From the NCBI GenBank assembly GCA_964016885.1, contig OZ024744.1, positions 22,940,001 to 23,004,000 on the forward strand: 64,000 bases of DNA. The letters run 5' to 3'. The notes below the pieces were generated by a model. That model did no database searches. It was not told where the DNA came from and was given only the letters and a program-made list of their open reading frames with translations. This DNA is from Eledone cirrhosa. Lineage: Eukaryota. This document shows, one piece after another, positions 12,801-28,299 of the stretch. Each line of letters starts with the position of its first letter. Position 1 is the stretch's first letter. The position numbers and the translations under genes were made by a program.

Positions 12801-14009
12801 AGATTCAACTGTTGTTACAACGAGTTTTATCTTAAGATTCAGCTGTTGTTAAAACGAGTCAGTTCTTAAGATTCAACTGTTGTTAAAACGAATTTTATCT
12901 TAAGATTCAACTGTTGTTAAAACGAGTTTTATCTTAAGATTCAGCTGTTGTTAAAACGAATCAATTCTTAAGATTCAACTGTTGTTAAAACGAGTCAGTT
13001 CTTAAGATTCAACTGTTGTTAAAACGAGTTTTATTTGAGGATTCAACTGTTGTTAAAACGAGTCAGTTCTTAAGGTTGAACTGTTGATAAAACGAGTCAG
13101 TTCTTAAGATTCAACTGTTGTTAAAACGAGTTTTATCTAAAGATTCAGCTGTTGTTAAAATGAGTCAGTTCTTATGATTCAACTGTTGTTAAAACGAGTT
13201 TTATCTTAAGATTCTACTGTTGTTAAAACGAGTCAGTTCTGAAGAATCGACTGTTGTTAAAACGAGTTTTATTTGAAGATTCAACTGTTGTTAAAACGAG
13301 TCAGTGCTTAAGGTTGAACTGTTGATAAAACGAGTCAGTTCTTAAGATTCAACTGTTGTTAAAACGAGATTTATCTTAAGATGTAGCTGTTGTTAAAACG
13401 AGTCAGTTCTTAAGATTCAACTGTTGTTAAAACGAGTTTATCTTAAAATTCAGCCGTTGTTAAAACGAGTCAGTTCTTAAGATTCAACTGTTGTTAAAAC
13501 GAGTTTTATCTTAAGATTCAGCTGTTGTTAAAACGAATCAGTTCTTAAGATTCAACTGTTGTTAAAACGAATTTTATTTGAAGATTCAACTGTTGTTAAG
13601 ATGAGTCAGTTCTTAAGGTTGAACTGTTGATAAAACGAGTCAGTTCTTAAGATTCAACTGTTGTTAAAACGAGTTTTATCTGAAGATTCAACTGTTGTTA
13701 AAACGAATCAGTTCTTAAGATTCAACTGTTGTTAAAGTGAGTCAGTTCTTAAGATTCAACTGTTGTTAAAACGAGTTTTATCTTAAGATTCAACTGTTGT
13801 TAAAACGAGTCAGTTCTTAAGGTTGAACTGTTGTTAAAACGAGTCAGTTCTTAAGATTCAACTGTTGTTAAAACGAGTTTTATCTTAAGATTCAACTGTT
13901 GTTAAAATGAGTCAGTTCTTAAGATTCAACCGTTGTTAAAACGAGTTTTATCTTAAGATTCAACTGTTGTTAAAACGAGTCAGTTCTTAAGATACAACTG
14001 TTTTTAAAA

Positions 14010-15980
14010 CGAGTTTTATTTGAAGATTCAACTGTTGTTAAAACGAGTCAGTGCTTAAGGTTGAACTGTTGATAAAACGAGTCAGTTCTTAAGATTCAAC
14101 TGTTGTTAAAAAGAGTTTTATCTTAAGATTCAGCTGTTGTTAAAACGAGTCAGTTCTTAAGATTCAACTGTTGTTAAAACGAATTTTATCTTAAGATTCA
14201 ACTGTTGTTAAAACGAGTTTTATCTTAAGATTCAGCTGTTGTTAAAACGAATCAGTTCTTAAGATTCAACTGTTGTTAAAACGAATTTTATTTGAAGATT
14301 CAACTGTTGTTAAGATGAGTCAGTTCTTACGGTTGAACTGTTGATAAAACGAGTCAGTTCTTAAGATTCAACTGTTGTTAAAACGAGTTTTATCTTAAGA
14401 TGTAGCTGTTGTTAAAACGAGTCAGTTCTTAAGATTCAACTGTTGTTAAAACGAGTTTATCTTAAAATTCAGCCGTTGTTAAAACGAGTCAGTTCTTAAG
14501 ATTCAACTGTTGTTAAAACGAGTTTTATCTTAAGATTCAACTGTTGTTAAAATGAGTCAGTTCTTAAGATTCAACTGTTGTTAAAACGAGTTTTATTTGA
14601 GGATTCAACTGTTGTTAAAACGAGTCAGTTCTTAAGGTTGAACTGTTGATAAAACGAGTCAGTTCTTAAGATTCAACTGTTGTTAAAACGAGTCAGTTCT
14701 GAAGAATCAACTGTTGTTAAAACGAGTTTTATTTGAAGATACAACTGTTGTTAAAACGAGTCAGTGCTTAAGGTTGAACTGTTGATAAAACGAGTCAGTT
14801 CTTAAGATTCAACTGTTGTTAAAACGAGTTTTATCTTAAGATTCAGCTGTTGTTAAAACGAGTCAGTTCTTAAGATTCAACTGTTGTTAAAACGAATTTT
14901 ATCTTAAGATTGAACTGTTGTTAAAACGAGTTTTAACTTAAGATTCAGCTGTTGTTAAAACGAATCAGTTCTTAAGATTCAACTGTTGTTAAAACGAGTT
15001 TTATTTGAAGATTCAACTGTTGTTAAAACGAGTCAGTGCTTAAGGTTGAACTGTTGATAAAACGAGTCAGTTCTTAAGATTCAACTGTTGTTAAAAAGAG
15101 TTTTATCTTAAGATTCAGCTGTTGTTAAAACGAGTCAGTTCTTAAGATTCAACTGTTGTTAAAACGAATTTTATCTTAAGATTCAACTGTTGTTAAAACG
15201 AGTTTTATCTTAAGATTCAGCTGTTGTTAAAACGAATCAGTTCTTAAGATTCAACTGTTGTTAAAACGAATTTTATTTGAAGATTCAACTGTTGTTAAGA
15301 TGAGTCAGTTCTTACGGTTGAACTGTTGATAAAACGAGTCAGTTCTTAAGATTCAACTGTTGTTAAAACGAGTTTTATCTTAAGATGTAGCTGTTGTTAA
15401 AACGAGTCAGTTCTTAAGATTCAACTGTTGTTAAAACGAGTTTATCTTAAAATTCAGCCGTTGTTAAAACGAGTCAGTTCTTAAGATTCAACTGTTGTTA
15501 AAACGAGTTTTATCTTAAGATTCAACTGTTGTTAAAATGAGTCAGTTCTTAAGATTCAACTGTTGTTAAAACGAGTTTTATTTGAGGATTCAACTGTTGT
15601 TAAAACGAGTCAGTTCTTAAGGTTGAACTGTTGATAAAACGAGTCAGTTCTTAAGATTCAACTGTTGTTAAAACGAGTCAGTTCTGAAGAATCAACTGTT
15701 GTTAAAACGAGTTTTATTTGAAGATACAACTGTTGTTAAAACGAGTCAGTGCTTAAGGTTGAACTGTTGATAAAACGAGTCAGTTCTTAAGATTCAACTG
15801 TTGTTAAAACGAGTTTTATCTTAAGATTCAGCTGTTGTTAAAACGAGTCAGTTCTTAAGATTCAACTGTTGTTAAAACGAATTTTATCTTAAGATTGAAC
15901 TGTTGTTAAAACGAGTTTTAACTTAAGATTCAGCTGTTGTTAAAACGAATCAGTTCTTAAGATTCAACTGTTGTTAAAAC
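14010..15980 (+). repeat. Recent tandem duplication, period 985 bp (29 monomers)
   Basis: Rare variants are paired at a constant offset of 985: CTTACGG 14326/15311, GATACAAC 14738/15723, TTTTAACTTA 14931/15916. Confidence 0.85.
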
Positions 15981-16749
15981 GAGTTTTATTTGAAGATTCA
16001 ACTGTTGTAAAACGAGTTTTATCTTAAGATTCTGCTGTTGTTAAAACGAGTCAGTTCTTAAGATTCAACTGTTGTTAAAACGAGTTTTATCTTAAGATTC
16101 AACTGTTGTTAAAACGAATCAGTTCTTAAGATTCAACTGTTGTTAAAATGAGTCAGTTCTTAAGATTCAACTGTTGTTAAAACGAGTTTTATCTTAAGAT
16201 TCAACTGTTGTTAAAACGAGTCAGTTCTTAAGATTCAACTGTAGTTAAAACGAGTTTTATCTGAAGATTCAACTGTTGTTAAAACGAATCAGTTCTTAAG
16301 ATTCAACTGTTGTTAAAATGAGTCAGTTCTTAAGATTCAACTGTTGTTAAAACGAGTTTTATCTTAAGATTCAACTGTTCTTAAAACGAGTCAGTTCTTA
16401 AGGTTGAACTGTTGTTAAAACGAGTCAGTTCTTAAGATTCAACTGTTGTTAAAACGAATTTTATTTGAAGATTCAACTGTTGTTAAGATGAGTCAGTTCT
16501 TAAGGTTGAACTGTTGATAAAACGAGTCAGTTCTTAAGATTCAACTGTTGTTAAAACGAGTTTTATCTTAAGATTTAGCTGTTGTTAAAACGAGTCAGTT
16601 CTTAAGATTCAACTGTTGTTAAAACGAGTTTATCTTAAAATTCAGCCGTTGTTAAAACGAGTCAGTTCTTAAGATTCAACTGTTGTTAAAACGAGTTTTA
16701 TCTTAAGATTCAACTGTTGTTAAAATGAGTCAGTTCTTAAGATTCAACT

Positions 16750-19700
16750 GTTGTTAAAACGAGTTTTATTTGAGGATTCAACTGTTGTTAAAACGAGTCT
16801 GTTCTTAAGGTTGAACTGTTGATAAAACGAGTCAGTTCTTAAGATTCAACTGTTGTTAAAACGAGTTTTATCTAAAGATTCAGCTGTTGTTAAAATGAGT
16901 CAGTTCTTAAGATTCAACTGTTGTTAAAACGAGTTTTATCTTAAGATTCAACTGTTGTTAAAACGAGTCAGTTCTGAAGAATCAACTGTTGTTAAAACGA
17001 GTTTTATTTGAAGATTCAACTGTTGTTAAAACGAGTCTGTTCTTAAGGTTGAACTGTTGATAAAACGAGGCAGTTCTTAAGATTCAACTGTTGTTAAAAC
17101 GAGTTTTATCTTAAGATTCAGCTGTTGTTAAAACGAGTCAGTTCTTAAGATTCAACTGTTGTTAAAACGAATTTTATCTTAAGATTCAACTGTTGTTAAA
17201 ACGAGTTTTATCTTAAGATTCAGCTGTTGTTAAAACGAATCAGTTCTTAAGATTCAACTGTTGTTAAAACGAGTTTTATCTTAAGATTCAACTGTTGTTA
17301 AAACGAATCAGTTCTTAAGATTCAACTGTTGTTAAAACGAGTGTTATCTTAAGATTCATCTGTTGTTAAAACGAGTCAGTTCTGAAGAATCAACTGTTGT
17401 TAAAACGAGTTTTATTTGAAGATTCAACTGTTGTTAAAACGAGTCAGTGCTTAAGGTTGAACTGTTGATAAAACGAGTCAGTTCTTAAGATTCAACTGTT
17501 GTTACAACGAGTTTTATCTTAAGATTCAGCTGTTGTTAAAACGAGTCAGTTCTTAAGATTCAACTGTTGTTAAAACGAATTTTATCTTAAGATTCAACTG
17601 TTGTTAAAACGAGTTTTATCTTAAGATTCAGCTGTTGTTAAAACGAATCAATTCTTAAGATTCAACTGTTGTTAAAACGAGTCAGTTCTTAAGATTCAAC
17701 TGTTGTTAAAACGAGTTTTATTTGAGGATTCAACTGTTGTTAAAACGAGTCAGTTCTTAAGGTTGAACTGTTGATAAAACGAGTCAGTTCTTAAGATTCA
17801 ACTGTTGTTAAAACGAGTTTTATCTAAAGATTCAGCTGTTGTTAAAATGAGTCAGTTCTTATGATTCAACTGTTGTTAAAACGAGTTTTATCTTAAGATT
17901 CTACTGTTGTTAAAACGAGTCAGTTCTGAAGAATCGACTGTTGTTAAAACGAGTTTTATTTGAAGATTCAACTGTTGTTAAAACGAGTCAGTGCTTAAGG
18001 TTGAACTGTTGATAAAACGAGTCAGTTCTTAAGATTCAACTGTTGTTAAAACGAGTTTTATCTTAAGATGTAGCTGTTGTTAAAACGAGTCAGTTCCTGA
18101 GATTCAACTGTTGTTAAAACGAGTTTATCTTAAAATTCAGCCGTTGTTAAAACGAGTCAGTTCTTAAGATTCAACTGTTGTTAAAACGAGTTTTATCTTA
18201 AGATTCAGCTGTTGTTAAAACGAATCAGTTCTTAAGATTCAACTGTTGTTAAAACGAATTTTATTTGAAGATTCAACTGTTGTTAAGATGAGTCAGTTCT
18301 TAAGGTTGAACTGTTGATAAAACGAGTCAGTTCTTAAGATTCAACTGTTGTTAAAACGAGTTTTATCTTAAGATGTAGCTGTTGTTAAAACGAGTCAGTT
18401 CTTAAGATTCAACTGTTGTTAAAACGAGTTTATCTTAAAATTCAGCCGTTGTTAAAACGAGTCAGTTCTTAAGATTCAACTGTTGTTAAAACGAGTTTTA
18501 TTTGAGGATTCAACTGTTGTTAAAACGAGTCAGTTCTTAAGGTTGAACTGTTGATAAAACGAGTCAGTTCTTAAGATTCAACTGTTGTTAAAACGAGTTT
18601 TATCTAAAGATTCAGCTGTTGTTAAAATGAGTCAGTTCTTATGATTCAACTGTTGTTAAAACGAGTTTTATCTTAAGATTCTACTGTTGTTAAAACGAGT
18701 CAGTTCTGAAGAATCGACTGTTGTTAAAACGAGTTTTATTTGAAGATTCAACTGTTGTTAAAACGAGTCAGTGCTTAAGGTTGAACTGTTGATAAAACGA
18801 GTCAGTTCTTAAGATTCAACTGTTGTTAAAACGAGATTTATCTTAAGATGTAGCTGTTGTTAAAACGAGTCAGTTCTTAAGATTCAACTGTTGTTAAAAC
18901 GAGTTTATCTTAAAATTCAGCCGTTGTTAAAACGAGTCAGTTCTTAAGATTCAACTGTTGTTAAAACGAGTTTTATCTTAAGATTCAGCTGTTGTTAAAA
19001 CGAATCAGTTCTTAAGATTTAACTGTTGTTAAAACGAATTTTATTTGAAGATTCAACTGTTGTTAAGATGAGTCAGTTCTTAAGGTTGAACTGTTGATAA
19101 AACGAGTCAGTTCTTAAGATTCAACTGTTGTTAAAACGAGTTTTATCTGAAGATTCAACTGTTGTTAAAACGAATCAGTTCTTAAGATTCAACTGTTGTT
19201 AAAGTGAGTCAGTTCTTAAGATTCAACTGTTGTTAAAGCGAGTTTTATCTTAAGATTCAACTGTTGTTAAAACGAGTCAGTTCTTAAGGTTGAACTGTTG
19301 TTAAAACGAGTCAGTTCTTACGATTCAACTGTTGTTAAAACGAGTTTTATCTTAAGATTCAACTGTTGTTAAAATGAGTCAGTTCTTAAGATTCAACCGT
19401 TGTTAAAACGAGTTTTATCTTAAGATTCAACTGTTGTTAAAACGAGTCAGTTCTTAAGATACAACTGTTTTTAAAACGAGTTTTATTTGAGGATTCAACT
19501 GTTGTTAAAACGAGTCTGTTCTTAAGGTTGAACTGTTGATAAAACGAGTCAGTTCTTAAGATTCAACTGTTGTTAAAACGAGTTTTATCTAAAGATTCAG
19601 CTGTTGTTAAAATGAGTCAGTTCTTAAGATTCAACTGTTGTTAAAACGAGTTTTATCTTAAGATTCAACTGTTGTTAAAACGAGTCAGTTCTGAAGAATC

Positions 19701-22200
19701 AACTGTTGTTAAAACGAGTTTTATTTGAAGATTCAACTGTTGTTAAAACGAGTCTGTTCTTAAGGTTGAACTGTTGATAAAACGAGGCAGTTCTTAAGAT
19801 TCAACTGTTGTTAAAACAAGTTTTATCTTAAGATTCAGCTGTTGTTAAAACGAGTCAGTTCTTAAGATTCAACTGTTGTTAAAACGAATTTTATCTTAAG
19901 ATTCAACTGTTGTTAAAACGAGTTTTATCTTAAGATTCAGCTGTTGTTAAAACGAATCAGTTCTTAAGATTCAACTGTTGTTAAAACGAGTTTTATCTTA
20001 AGATTCAACTGTTGTTAAAACGAATCAGTTCTTAAGATTCAACTGTTGTTAAAACGAGTGTTATCTTAAGATTCATCTGTTGTTAAAACGAGTCAGTTCT
20101 GAAGAATCAACTGTTGTTAAAACGAGTTTTATTTGAAGATTCAACTGTTGTTAAAACGAGTCAGTGCTTAAGGTTGAACTGTTGATAAAACGAGTCAGTT
20201 CTTAAGATTCAACTGTTGTTACAACGAGTTTTATCTTAAGATTCAGCTGTTGTTAAAACGAGTCAGTTCTTAAGATTCAACTGTTGTTAAAACGAATTTT
20301 ATCTTAAGATTCAACTGTTGTTAAAACGAGTTTTATCTTAAGATTCAGCTGTTGTTAAAACGAATCAATTCTTAAGATTCAACTGTTGTTAAAACGAGTC
20401 AGTTCTTAAGATTCAACTGTTGTTAAAACGAGTTTTATTTGAGGATTCAACTGTTGTTAAAACGAGTCAGTTCTTAAGGTTGAACTGTTGATAAAACGAG
20501 TCAGTTCTTAAGATTCAACTGTTGTTAAAACGAGTTTTATCTAAAGATTCAGCTGTTGTTAAAATGAGTCAGTTCTTATGATTCAACTGTTGTTAAAACG
20601 AGTTTTATCTTAAGATTCTACTGTTGTTAAAACGAGTCAGTTCTGAAGAATCGACTGTTGTTAAAACGAGTTTTATTTGAAGATTCAACTGTTGTTAAAA
20701 CGAGTCAGTGCTTAAGGTTGAACTGTTGATAAAACGAGTCAGTTCTTAAGATTCAACTGTTGTTAAAACGAGTTTTATCTTAAGATGTAGCTGTTGTTAA
20801 AACGAGTCAGTTCCTGAGATTCAACTGTTGTTAAAACGAGTTTATCTTAAAATTCAGCCGTTGTTAAAACGAGTCAGTTCTTAAGATTCAACTGTTGTTA
20901 AAACGAGTTTTATCTTAAGATTCAGCTGTTGTTAAAACGAATCAGTTCTTAAGATTCAACTGTTGTTAAAACGAATTTTATTTGAAGATTCAACTGTTGT
21001 TAAGATGAGTCAGTTCTTAAGGTTGAACTGTTGATAAAACGAGTCAGTTCTTAAGATTCAACTGTTGTTAAAACGAGTTTTATCTTAAGATGTAGCTGTT
21101 GTTAAAACGAGTCAGTTCTTAAGATTCAACTGTTGTTAAAACGAGTTTATCTTAAAATTCAGCCGTTGTTAAAACGAGTCAGTTCTTAAGATTCAACTGT
21201 TGTTAAAACGAGTTTTATTTGAGGATTCAACTGTTGTTAAAACGAGTCAGTTCTTAAGGTTGAACTGTTGATAAAACGAGTCAGTTCTTAAGATTCAACT
21301 GTTGTTAAAACGAGTTTTATCTAAAGATTCAGCTGTTGTTAAAATGAGTCAGTTCTTATGATTCAACTGTTGTTAAAACGAGTTTTATCTTAAGATTCTA
21401 CTGTTGTTAAAACGAGTCAGTTCTGAAGAATCGACTGTTGTTAAAACGAGTTTTATTTGAAGATTCAACTGTTGTTAAAACGAGTCAGTGCTTAAGGTTG
21501 AACTGTTGATAAAACGAGTCAGTTCTTAAGATTCAACTGTTGTTAAAACGAGATTTATCTTAGGATGTAGCTGTTGTTAAAACGAGTCAGTTCTTAAGAT
21601 TCAACTGTTGTTAAAACGAGTTTATCTTAAAATTCAGCCGTTGTTAAAACGAGTCAGTTCTTAAGATTCAACTGTTGTTAAAACGAGTTTTATCTTAAGA
21701 TTCAGCTGTTGTTAAAACGAATCAGTTCTTAAGATTTAACTGTTGTTAAAACGAATTTTATTTGAAGATTCAACTGTTGTTAAGATGAGTCAGTTCTTAA
21801 GGTTGAACTGTTGATAAAACGAGTCAGTTCTTAAGATTCAACTGTTGTTAAAACGAGTTTTATCTGAAGATTCAACTGTTGTTAAAACGAATCAGTTCTT
21901 AAGATTCAACTGTTGTTAAAGTGAGTCAGTTCTTAAGATTCAACTGTTGTTAAAGCGAGTTTTATCTTAAGATTCAACTGTTGTTAAAACGAGTCAGTTC
22001 TTAAGGTTGAACTGTTGTTAAAACGAGTCAGTTCTTACGATTCAACTGTTGTTAAAACGAGTTTTATCTTAAGATTCAACTGTTGTTAAAATGAGTCAGT
22101 TCTTAAGATTCAACCGTTGTTAAAACGAGTTTTATCTTAAGATTCAACTGTTGTTAAAACGAGTCAGTTCTTAAGATACAACTGTTTTTAAAACGAGTTT
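16750..22200 (+). repeat. Recent tandem duplication, period 2,717 bp (80 monomers)
   Basis: CCTGAG 18096/20813 and CTTACGATT 19317/22034 both have offset 2717 = 80x34-3. Confidence 0.85.
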
Positions 22201-25200
22201 TATTTGAAGATTCAACTGTTGTTAAAACGAGTCAGTGCTTAAGGTTGAACTGCTGATAAAACGAGTCAGTTCTTAAGATTCAACTGTTGTTAAAAAGAGT
22301 TTTATCTTAAGATTCAGCTGTTGTTAAAACGAGTCAGTTCTTAAGATTCAACTGTTGTTAAAACGAATTTTATCTTAAGATTCAACTGTTGTTAAAACGA
22401 GTTTTATCTTAAGATTCAGCTGTTGTTAAAACGAATCAGTTCTTAAGATTCAACTGTTGTTAAAACGAATTTTATTTGAAGATTCAACTGTTGTTAAGAT
22501 GAGTCAGTTCTTACGGTTGAACTGTTGATAAAACGAGTCAGTTCTTAAGATTCAACTGTTGTTAAAACGAGTTTTATCTTAAGATGTAGCTGTTGTTAAA
22601 ACGAGTCAGTTCTTAAGATTCAACTGTTGTTAAAACGAGTTTATCTTAAAATTCAGCCGTTGTTAAAACGAGTCAGTTCTTAAGATTCAACTGTTGTTAA
22701 AACGAGTTTTATCTTAAGATTCAACTGTTGTTAAAATGAGTCAGTTCTTAAGATTCAACTGTTGTTAAAACGAGTTTTATTTGAGGATTCAACTGTTGTT
22801 AAAACGAGTCAGTTCTTAAGGTTGAACTGTTGATAAAACGAGTCAGTTCTTAAGATTCAACTGTTGTTAAAACGAGTCAGTTCTGAAGAATCAACTGTTG
22901 TTAAAACGAGTTTTATTTGAAGATTCAACTGTTGTTAAAACGAGTCAGTGTTTAAGGTTGAACTGTTGATAAAACGAGGCAGTTCTTAAGATTCAACTGT
23001 TGTTAAAACGAGTTTTATCTTAAGATTCAGCTGTTGTTAAAACGAGTCAGTTCTTAAGATTCAACTGTTGTTAAAACGAATTTTATCTTAAGATTGAACT
23101 GTTGTTAAAACGAGTTTTATCTTAAGATTCAGCTGTTGTTAAAACGAATCAGTTCTTAAGATTCAACTGTTGTTAAAACGAGTTTTATTTGAAGATTCAA
23201 CTGTTGTAAAACGAGTTTTATCTTAAGATTCAGCTGTTGTTAAAACGAGTCAGTTCTTAAGATTCAACTGTTGTTAAAACGAGTTTTATCTTAAGATTCA
23301 ACTGTTGTTAAAACGAATCAGTTCTTAAGATTCAACTGTTGTTAAAATGAGTCAGTTCTTAAGATTCAACTGTTGTTAAAACGAGTTTTATCTTAAGATT
23401 CAACTGTTGTTAAAACGAGTCAGTTCTTAAGATTCAACTGTAGTTAAAACGAGTTTTATCTGAAGATTCAACTGTTGTTAAAACGAATCAGTTCTTAAGA
23501 TTCAACTGTTGTTAAAATGAGTCAGTTCTTAAGATTCAACTGTTGTTAAAACGAGTTTTATCTTAAGATTCAACTGTTCTTAAAACGAGTCAGTTCTTAA
23601 GGTTGAACTGTTGTTAAAACGAGTCAGTTCTTAAGATTCAACTGTTGTTAAAACGAATTTTATTTGAAGATTCAACTGTTGTTAAGATGAGTCAGTTCTT
23701 AAGGTTGAACTGTTGATAAAACGAGTCAGTTCTTAAGATTCAACTGTTGTTAAAACGAGTTTTATCTTAAGATTTAGCTGTTGTTAAAACGAGTCAGTTC
23801 TTAAGATTCAACTGTTGTTAAAACGAGTTTATCTTAAAATTCAGCCGTTGTTAAAACGAGTCAGTTCTTAAGATTCAACTGTTGTTAAAACGAGTTTTAT
23901 CTTAAGATTCAACTGTTGTTAAAATGAGTCAGTTCTTAAGATTCAACTGTTGTTAAAACGAGTTTTATTTGAGGATTCAACTGTTGTTAAAACGAGTCTG
24001 TTCTTAAGGTTGAACTGTTGATAAAACGAGTCAGTTCTTAAGATTCAACTGTTGTTAAAACGAGTTTTATCTAAAGATTCAGCTGTTGTTAAAATGAGTC
24101 AGTTCTTAAGATTCAACTGTTGTTAAAACGAGTTTTATCTTAAGATTCAACTGTTGTTAAAACGAGTCAGTTCTGAAGAATCAACTGTTGTTAAAACGAG
24201 TTTTATTTGAAGATTCAACTGTTGTTAAAACGAGTCAGTGCTTAAGGTTGAACTGTTGATAAAACGAGGCAGTTCTTAAGATTCAACTGTTGTTAAAACG
24301 AGTTTTATCTTAAGATTCAGCTGTTGTTAAAACGAGTCAGTTCTTAAGATTCAACTGTTGTTAAAACGAATTTTATCTTAAGATTCAACTGTTGTTAAAA
24401 CGAGTTTTATCTTAAGATTCAGCTGTTGTTAAAACGAATCAGTTCTTAAGATTCAACTGTTGTTAAAACGAGTTTTATCTTAAGATTCAACTGTTGTTAA
24501 AACGAATCAGTTCTTAAGATTCAACTGTTGTTAAAACGAGTGTTATCTTAAGATTCATCTGTTGTTAAAACGAGTCAGTTCTGAAGAATCAACTGTTGTT
24601 AACACGAGTTTTATTTGAAGATTCAACTGTTGTTAAAACGAGTCAGTGCTTAAGGTTGAACTGTTGATAAAACGAGTCAGTTCTTAAGATTCAACTGTTG
24701 TTAAAACGAGTTTTATCTAAAGATTCAGCTGTTGTTAAAATGAGTCAGTTCTTATGATTCAACTGTTGTTAAAACGAGTTTTATCTTAAGATTCTACTGT
24801 TGTTAAAACGAGTCAGTTCTGAAGAATCGACTGTTGTTAAAACGAGTTTTATTTGAAGATTCAACTGTTGTTAAAACCAGTCAGTGCTTAAGGTTGAACT
24901 GTTGATAAAACGAGTCAGTTCTTAAGATTCAACTGTTGTTAAAACGAGTTTTATCTTAAGATGTAGCTGTTGTTAAAACGAGTCAGTTCTTGAGATTCAA
25001 CTGTTGTTAAAACGAGTTTATCTTAAAATTCAGCCGTTGTTAAAACGAGTCAGTTCTTAAGATTCAACTGTTGTTAAAACGAGTTTTATCTTAAGATTCA
25101 GCTGTTGTTAAAACGAATCAGTTCTTAAGATTCAACTGTTGTTAAAACGAATTTTATTTGAAGATTCAACTGTTGTTAAGATGAGTCAGTTCTTAAGGTT

Positions 25201-28200
25201 GAACTGTTGATAAAACGAGTCAGTTCTTAAGATTCAACTGTTGTTAAAACGAGTTTTATCTTAAGATGTAGCTGTTGTTAAAACGAGTCAGTTCTTAAGA
25301 TTCAACTGTTGTTAAAACGAGTTTATCTTAAAATTCAGCCGTTGTTAAAACGAGTCAGTTCTTAAGATTCAACTGTTGTTAAAACGAGTTTTATCTTAAG
25401 ATTCAACTGTTGTTAAAATGAGTCAGTTCTTAAGATTCAACTGTTGTTAAAACGAGTTTTATCTTAAGATTCAACTGTTGTTAAAACGAGTCAGTTCTTA
25501 AGATTCAACTGTTGTTAAAACGAGTTTTATCTTAAGATTCAGCTGTTGTTAAAACGAGTCAGTTCTTAAGATTCAACTGTTGTTAAAACGAATTTTATCT
25601 TAAGATTCAACTGTTGTTAAAACGAGTTTTATCTTAAGATTCAGCTGTTGTTAAAACGAATCAGTTCTTAAGATTCAACTGTTGTTAAAACGAGTTTTAT
25701 CTTAAGATTCAACTGTTGTTAAAACGAATCAGTTCTTAAGATTCAACTGTTGTTAAAACGAGTGTTATCTTAAGATTCATCTGTTGTTAAAACGAGTCAG
25801 TTCTGAAGAATCAACTGTTGTTAAAACGAGTTTTATTTGAAGATTCAACTGTTGTTAAAACGAGTCAGTGCTTAAGGTTGAACTGTTGATAAAACGAGTC
25901 AGTTCTTAAGATTCAACTGTTGTTACAACGAGTTTTATCTTAAGATTCAGCTGTTGTTAAAACGAGTCAGTTCTTAAGATTCAACTGTTGTTAAAACGAA
26001 TTTTATCTTAAGATTCAACTGTTGTTAAAACGAGTTTTATCTTAAGATTCAGCTGTTGTTAAAACGAATCAATTCTTAAGATTCAACTGTTGTTAAAACG
26101 AGTCAGTTCTTAAGATTCAACTGTTGTTAAAACGAGTTTTATTTGAGGATTCAACTGTTGTTAAAACGAGTCAGTTCTTAAGGTTGAACTGTTGATAAAA
26201 CGAGTCAGTTCTTAAGATTCAACTGTTGTTAAAACGAGTTTTTTCTAAAGATTCAGCTGTTGTTAAAATGAGTCAGTTCTTATGATTCAACTGTTGTTAA
26301 AACGAGTTTTATCTTAAGATTCTACTGTTGTTAAAACGAGTCAGTTCTGAAGAATCGACTGTTGTTAAAACGAGTTTTATTTGAAGATTCAACTGTTGTT
26401 AAAACGAGTCAGTGCTTAAGGTTGAACTGTTGATAAAACGAGTCAGTTCTTAAGATTCAACTGTTGTTAAAACGAGTTTTATCTTAAGATGTAGCTGTTG
26501 TTAAAACGAGTCAGTTCTTGAGATTCAACTGTTGTTAAAACGAGTTTATCTTAAAATTCAGCCGTTGTTAAAACGAGTCAGTTCTTAAGATTCAACTGTT
26601 GTTAAAACGAGTTTTATCTTAAGATTCAGCTGTTGTTAAAACGAATCAGTTCTTAAGATTCAACTGTTGTTAAAACGAATTTTATTTGAAGATTCATCTG
26701 TTGTTAAGATGAGTCAGTTCTTAAGGTTGAACTGTTGATAAAACGAGTCAGTTCTTAAGATTCAACTGTTGTTAAAACGAGTTTTATCTTAAGATGTAGC
26801 TGTTGTTAAAACGAGTCAGTTCTTAAGATTCAACTGTTGTTAAAACGAGTTTATCTTAAAATTCAGCCGTTGTTAAAACGAGTCAGTTCTTAAGATTCAA
26901 CTGTTGTTAAAACGAGTTTTATCTTAAGATTCAACTGTTGTTAAAATGAGTCAGTTCTTAAGATTCAACTGTTGTTAAAACGAGTTTTATCTTAAGATTC
27001 AACTGTTGTTAAAACGAGTCAGTTCTTAAGATTCAACTGTTGTTAAAACGAATTTTACCTTAAGATTCAACTGTTGTTAAAACGAGATTTATCTTAAGAT
27101 TCAGCTGTTGTTAAAACGAATCAGTTCTTAAGATTCAACTGTTGTTAAAACGAATTTTATTTGAAGATTCAACTGTTGTTAAGATGAGTCAGTTCTTAAG
27201 GTTGAACTGTTGATAAAACGAGTCAGTTCTTAAGATTCAACTGTTGTTAAAACGAGTTTTATCTTAAGATTTAGCTGTTGTTAAAACGAGTCAGTTCTTA
27301 AGATTCAACTGTTGTTAAAACGAGTTTATCTTAAAGTTCAGCCGTTGTTAAAACGAGTCAGTTCTTAAGATTCAACTGTTGTTAAAACGAGTTTTATCTT
27401 AAGATTCAACTGTTGTTAAAATGAGTCAGTTCTTAAGATTCAACTGTTGTTAAAATGAGTCAGTTCTTAAGATTCAACTGTTGTTAAAACGAGTTTTATT
27501 TGAGGATTCAACTGTTGTTAAAACGAGTCAGTTCTTAAGGTTGAACTGTTGAGAAAACGAGTCAGTTCTTAATATTCAACTGTTGTTAAAACGAGTTTTA
27601 TCTAGAGATTCAGCTGTTGTTAAAATGAGTCAGTTCTTAAGATTCAACTGTTGTTAAAACGAGTTTTATCTTAAGATTCAACTGTTGTTAAAACGAGTCA
27701 GTTCTGAAGAATCAACTGTTGTTAAAACGAGTTTTATTTGAAGATGCAACTGTTGTTAAAACGAGTCAGTGCTTAAGGTTGAACTGTTGATAAAACGAGT
27801 CAGTTCTTAAGATTCAACTGTTGTTAAAACGAGTTTTATCTTAAGATTCTGCTGTTGTTAAAACGAGTCAGTTCTTAAGATTCAACTGTTTTTAAAACGA
27901 ATTTTATCTTAAGATTCAACTGTTGTTAAAACGAGTTTTATCTTAAGATTCAGCTGTTGTTAAAACGAATCAGTTCTTAAGATTCAACTGTTGTTAAAAC
28001 GAGTTTTATTTGAAGATTCAACTGTTGTTAAGATGAGTCAGTTCTTAAGGTTGAACTGTTGATAAAACGAGTCAGTTCTTAAGATTCAACTGTTGTAAAA
28101 CGAGTTTTATCTTAAGATTCAGCTGTTGTTAAAACGAGTCAGTTCTTAAGATTCAACTGTTGTTAAAACGAGTTTTATCTGAAGATTCAACTGTTGTTAA

Positions 28201-28299
28201 AACGAATCAGTTCTTAAGATTCAACTGTTGTTAAAATGAGTCAGTTCTTAAGATTCAACTGTTGTTAAAACGAGTTTTATCTTAAGATTCAACTGTTGT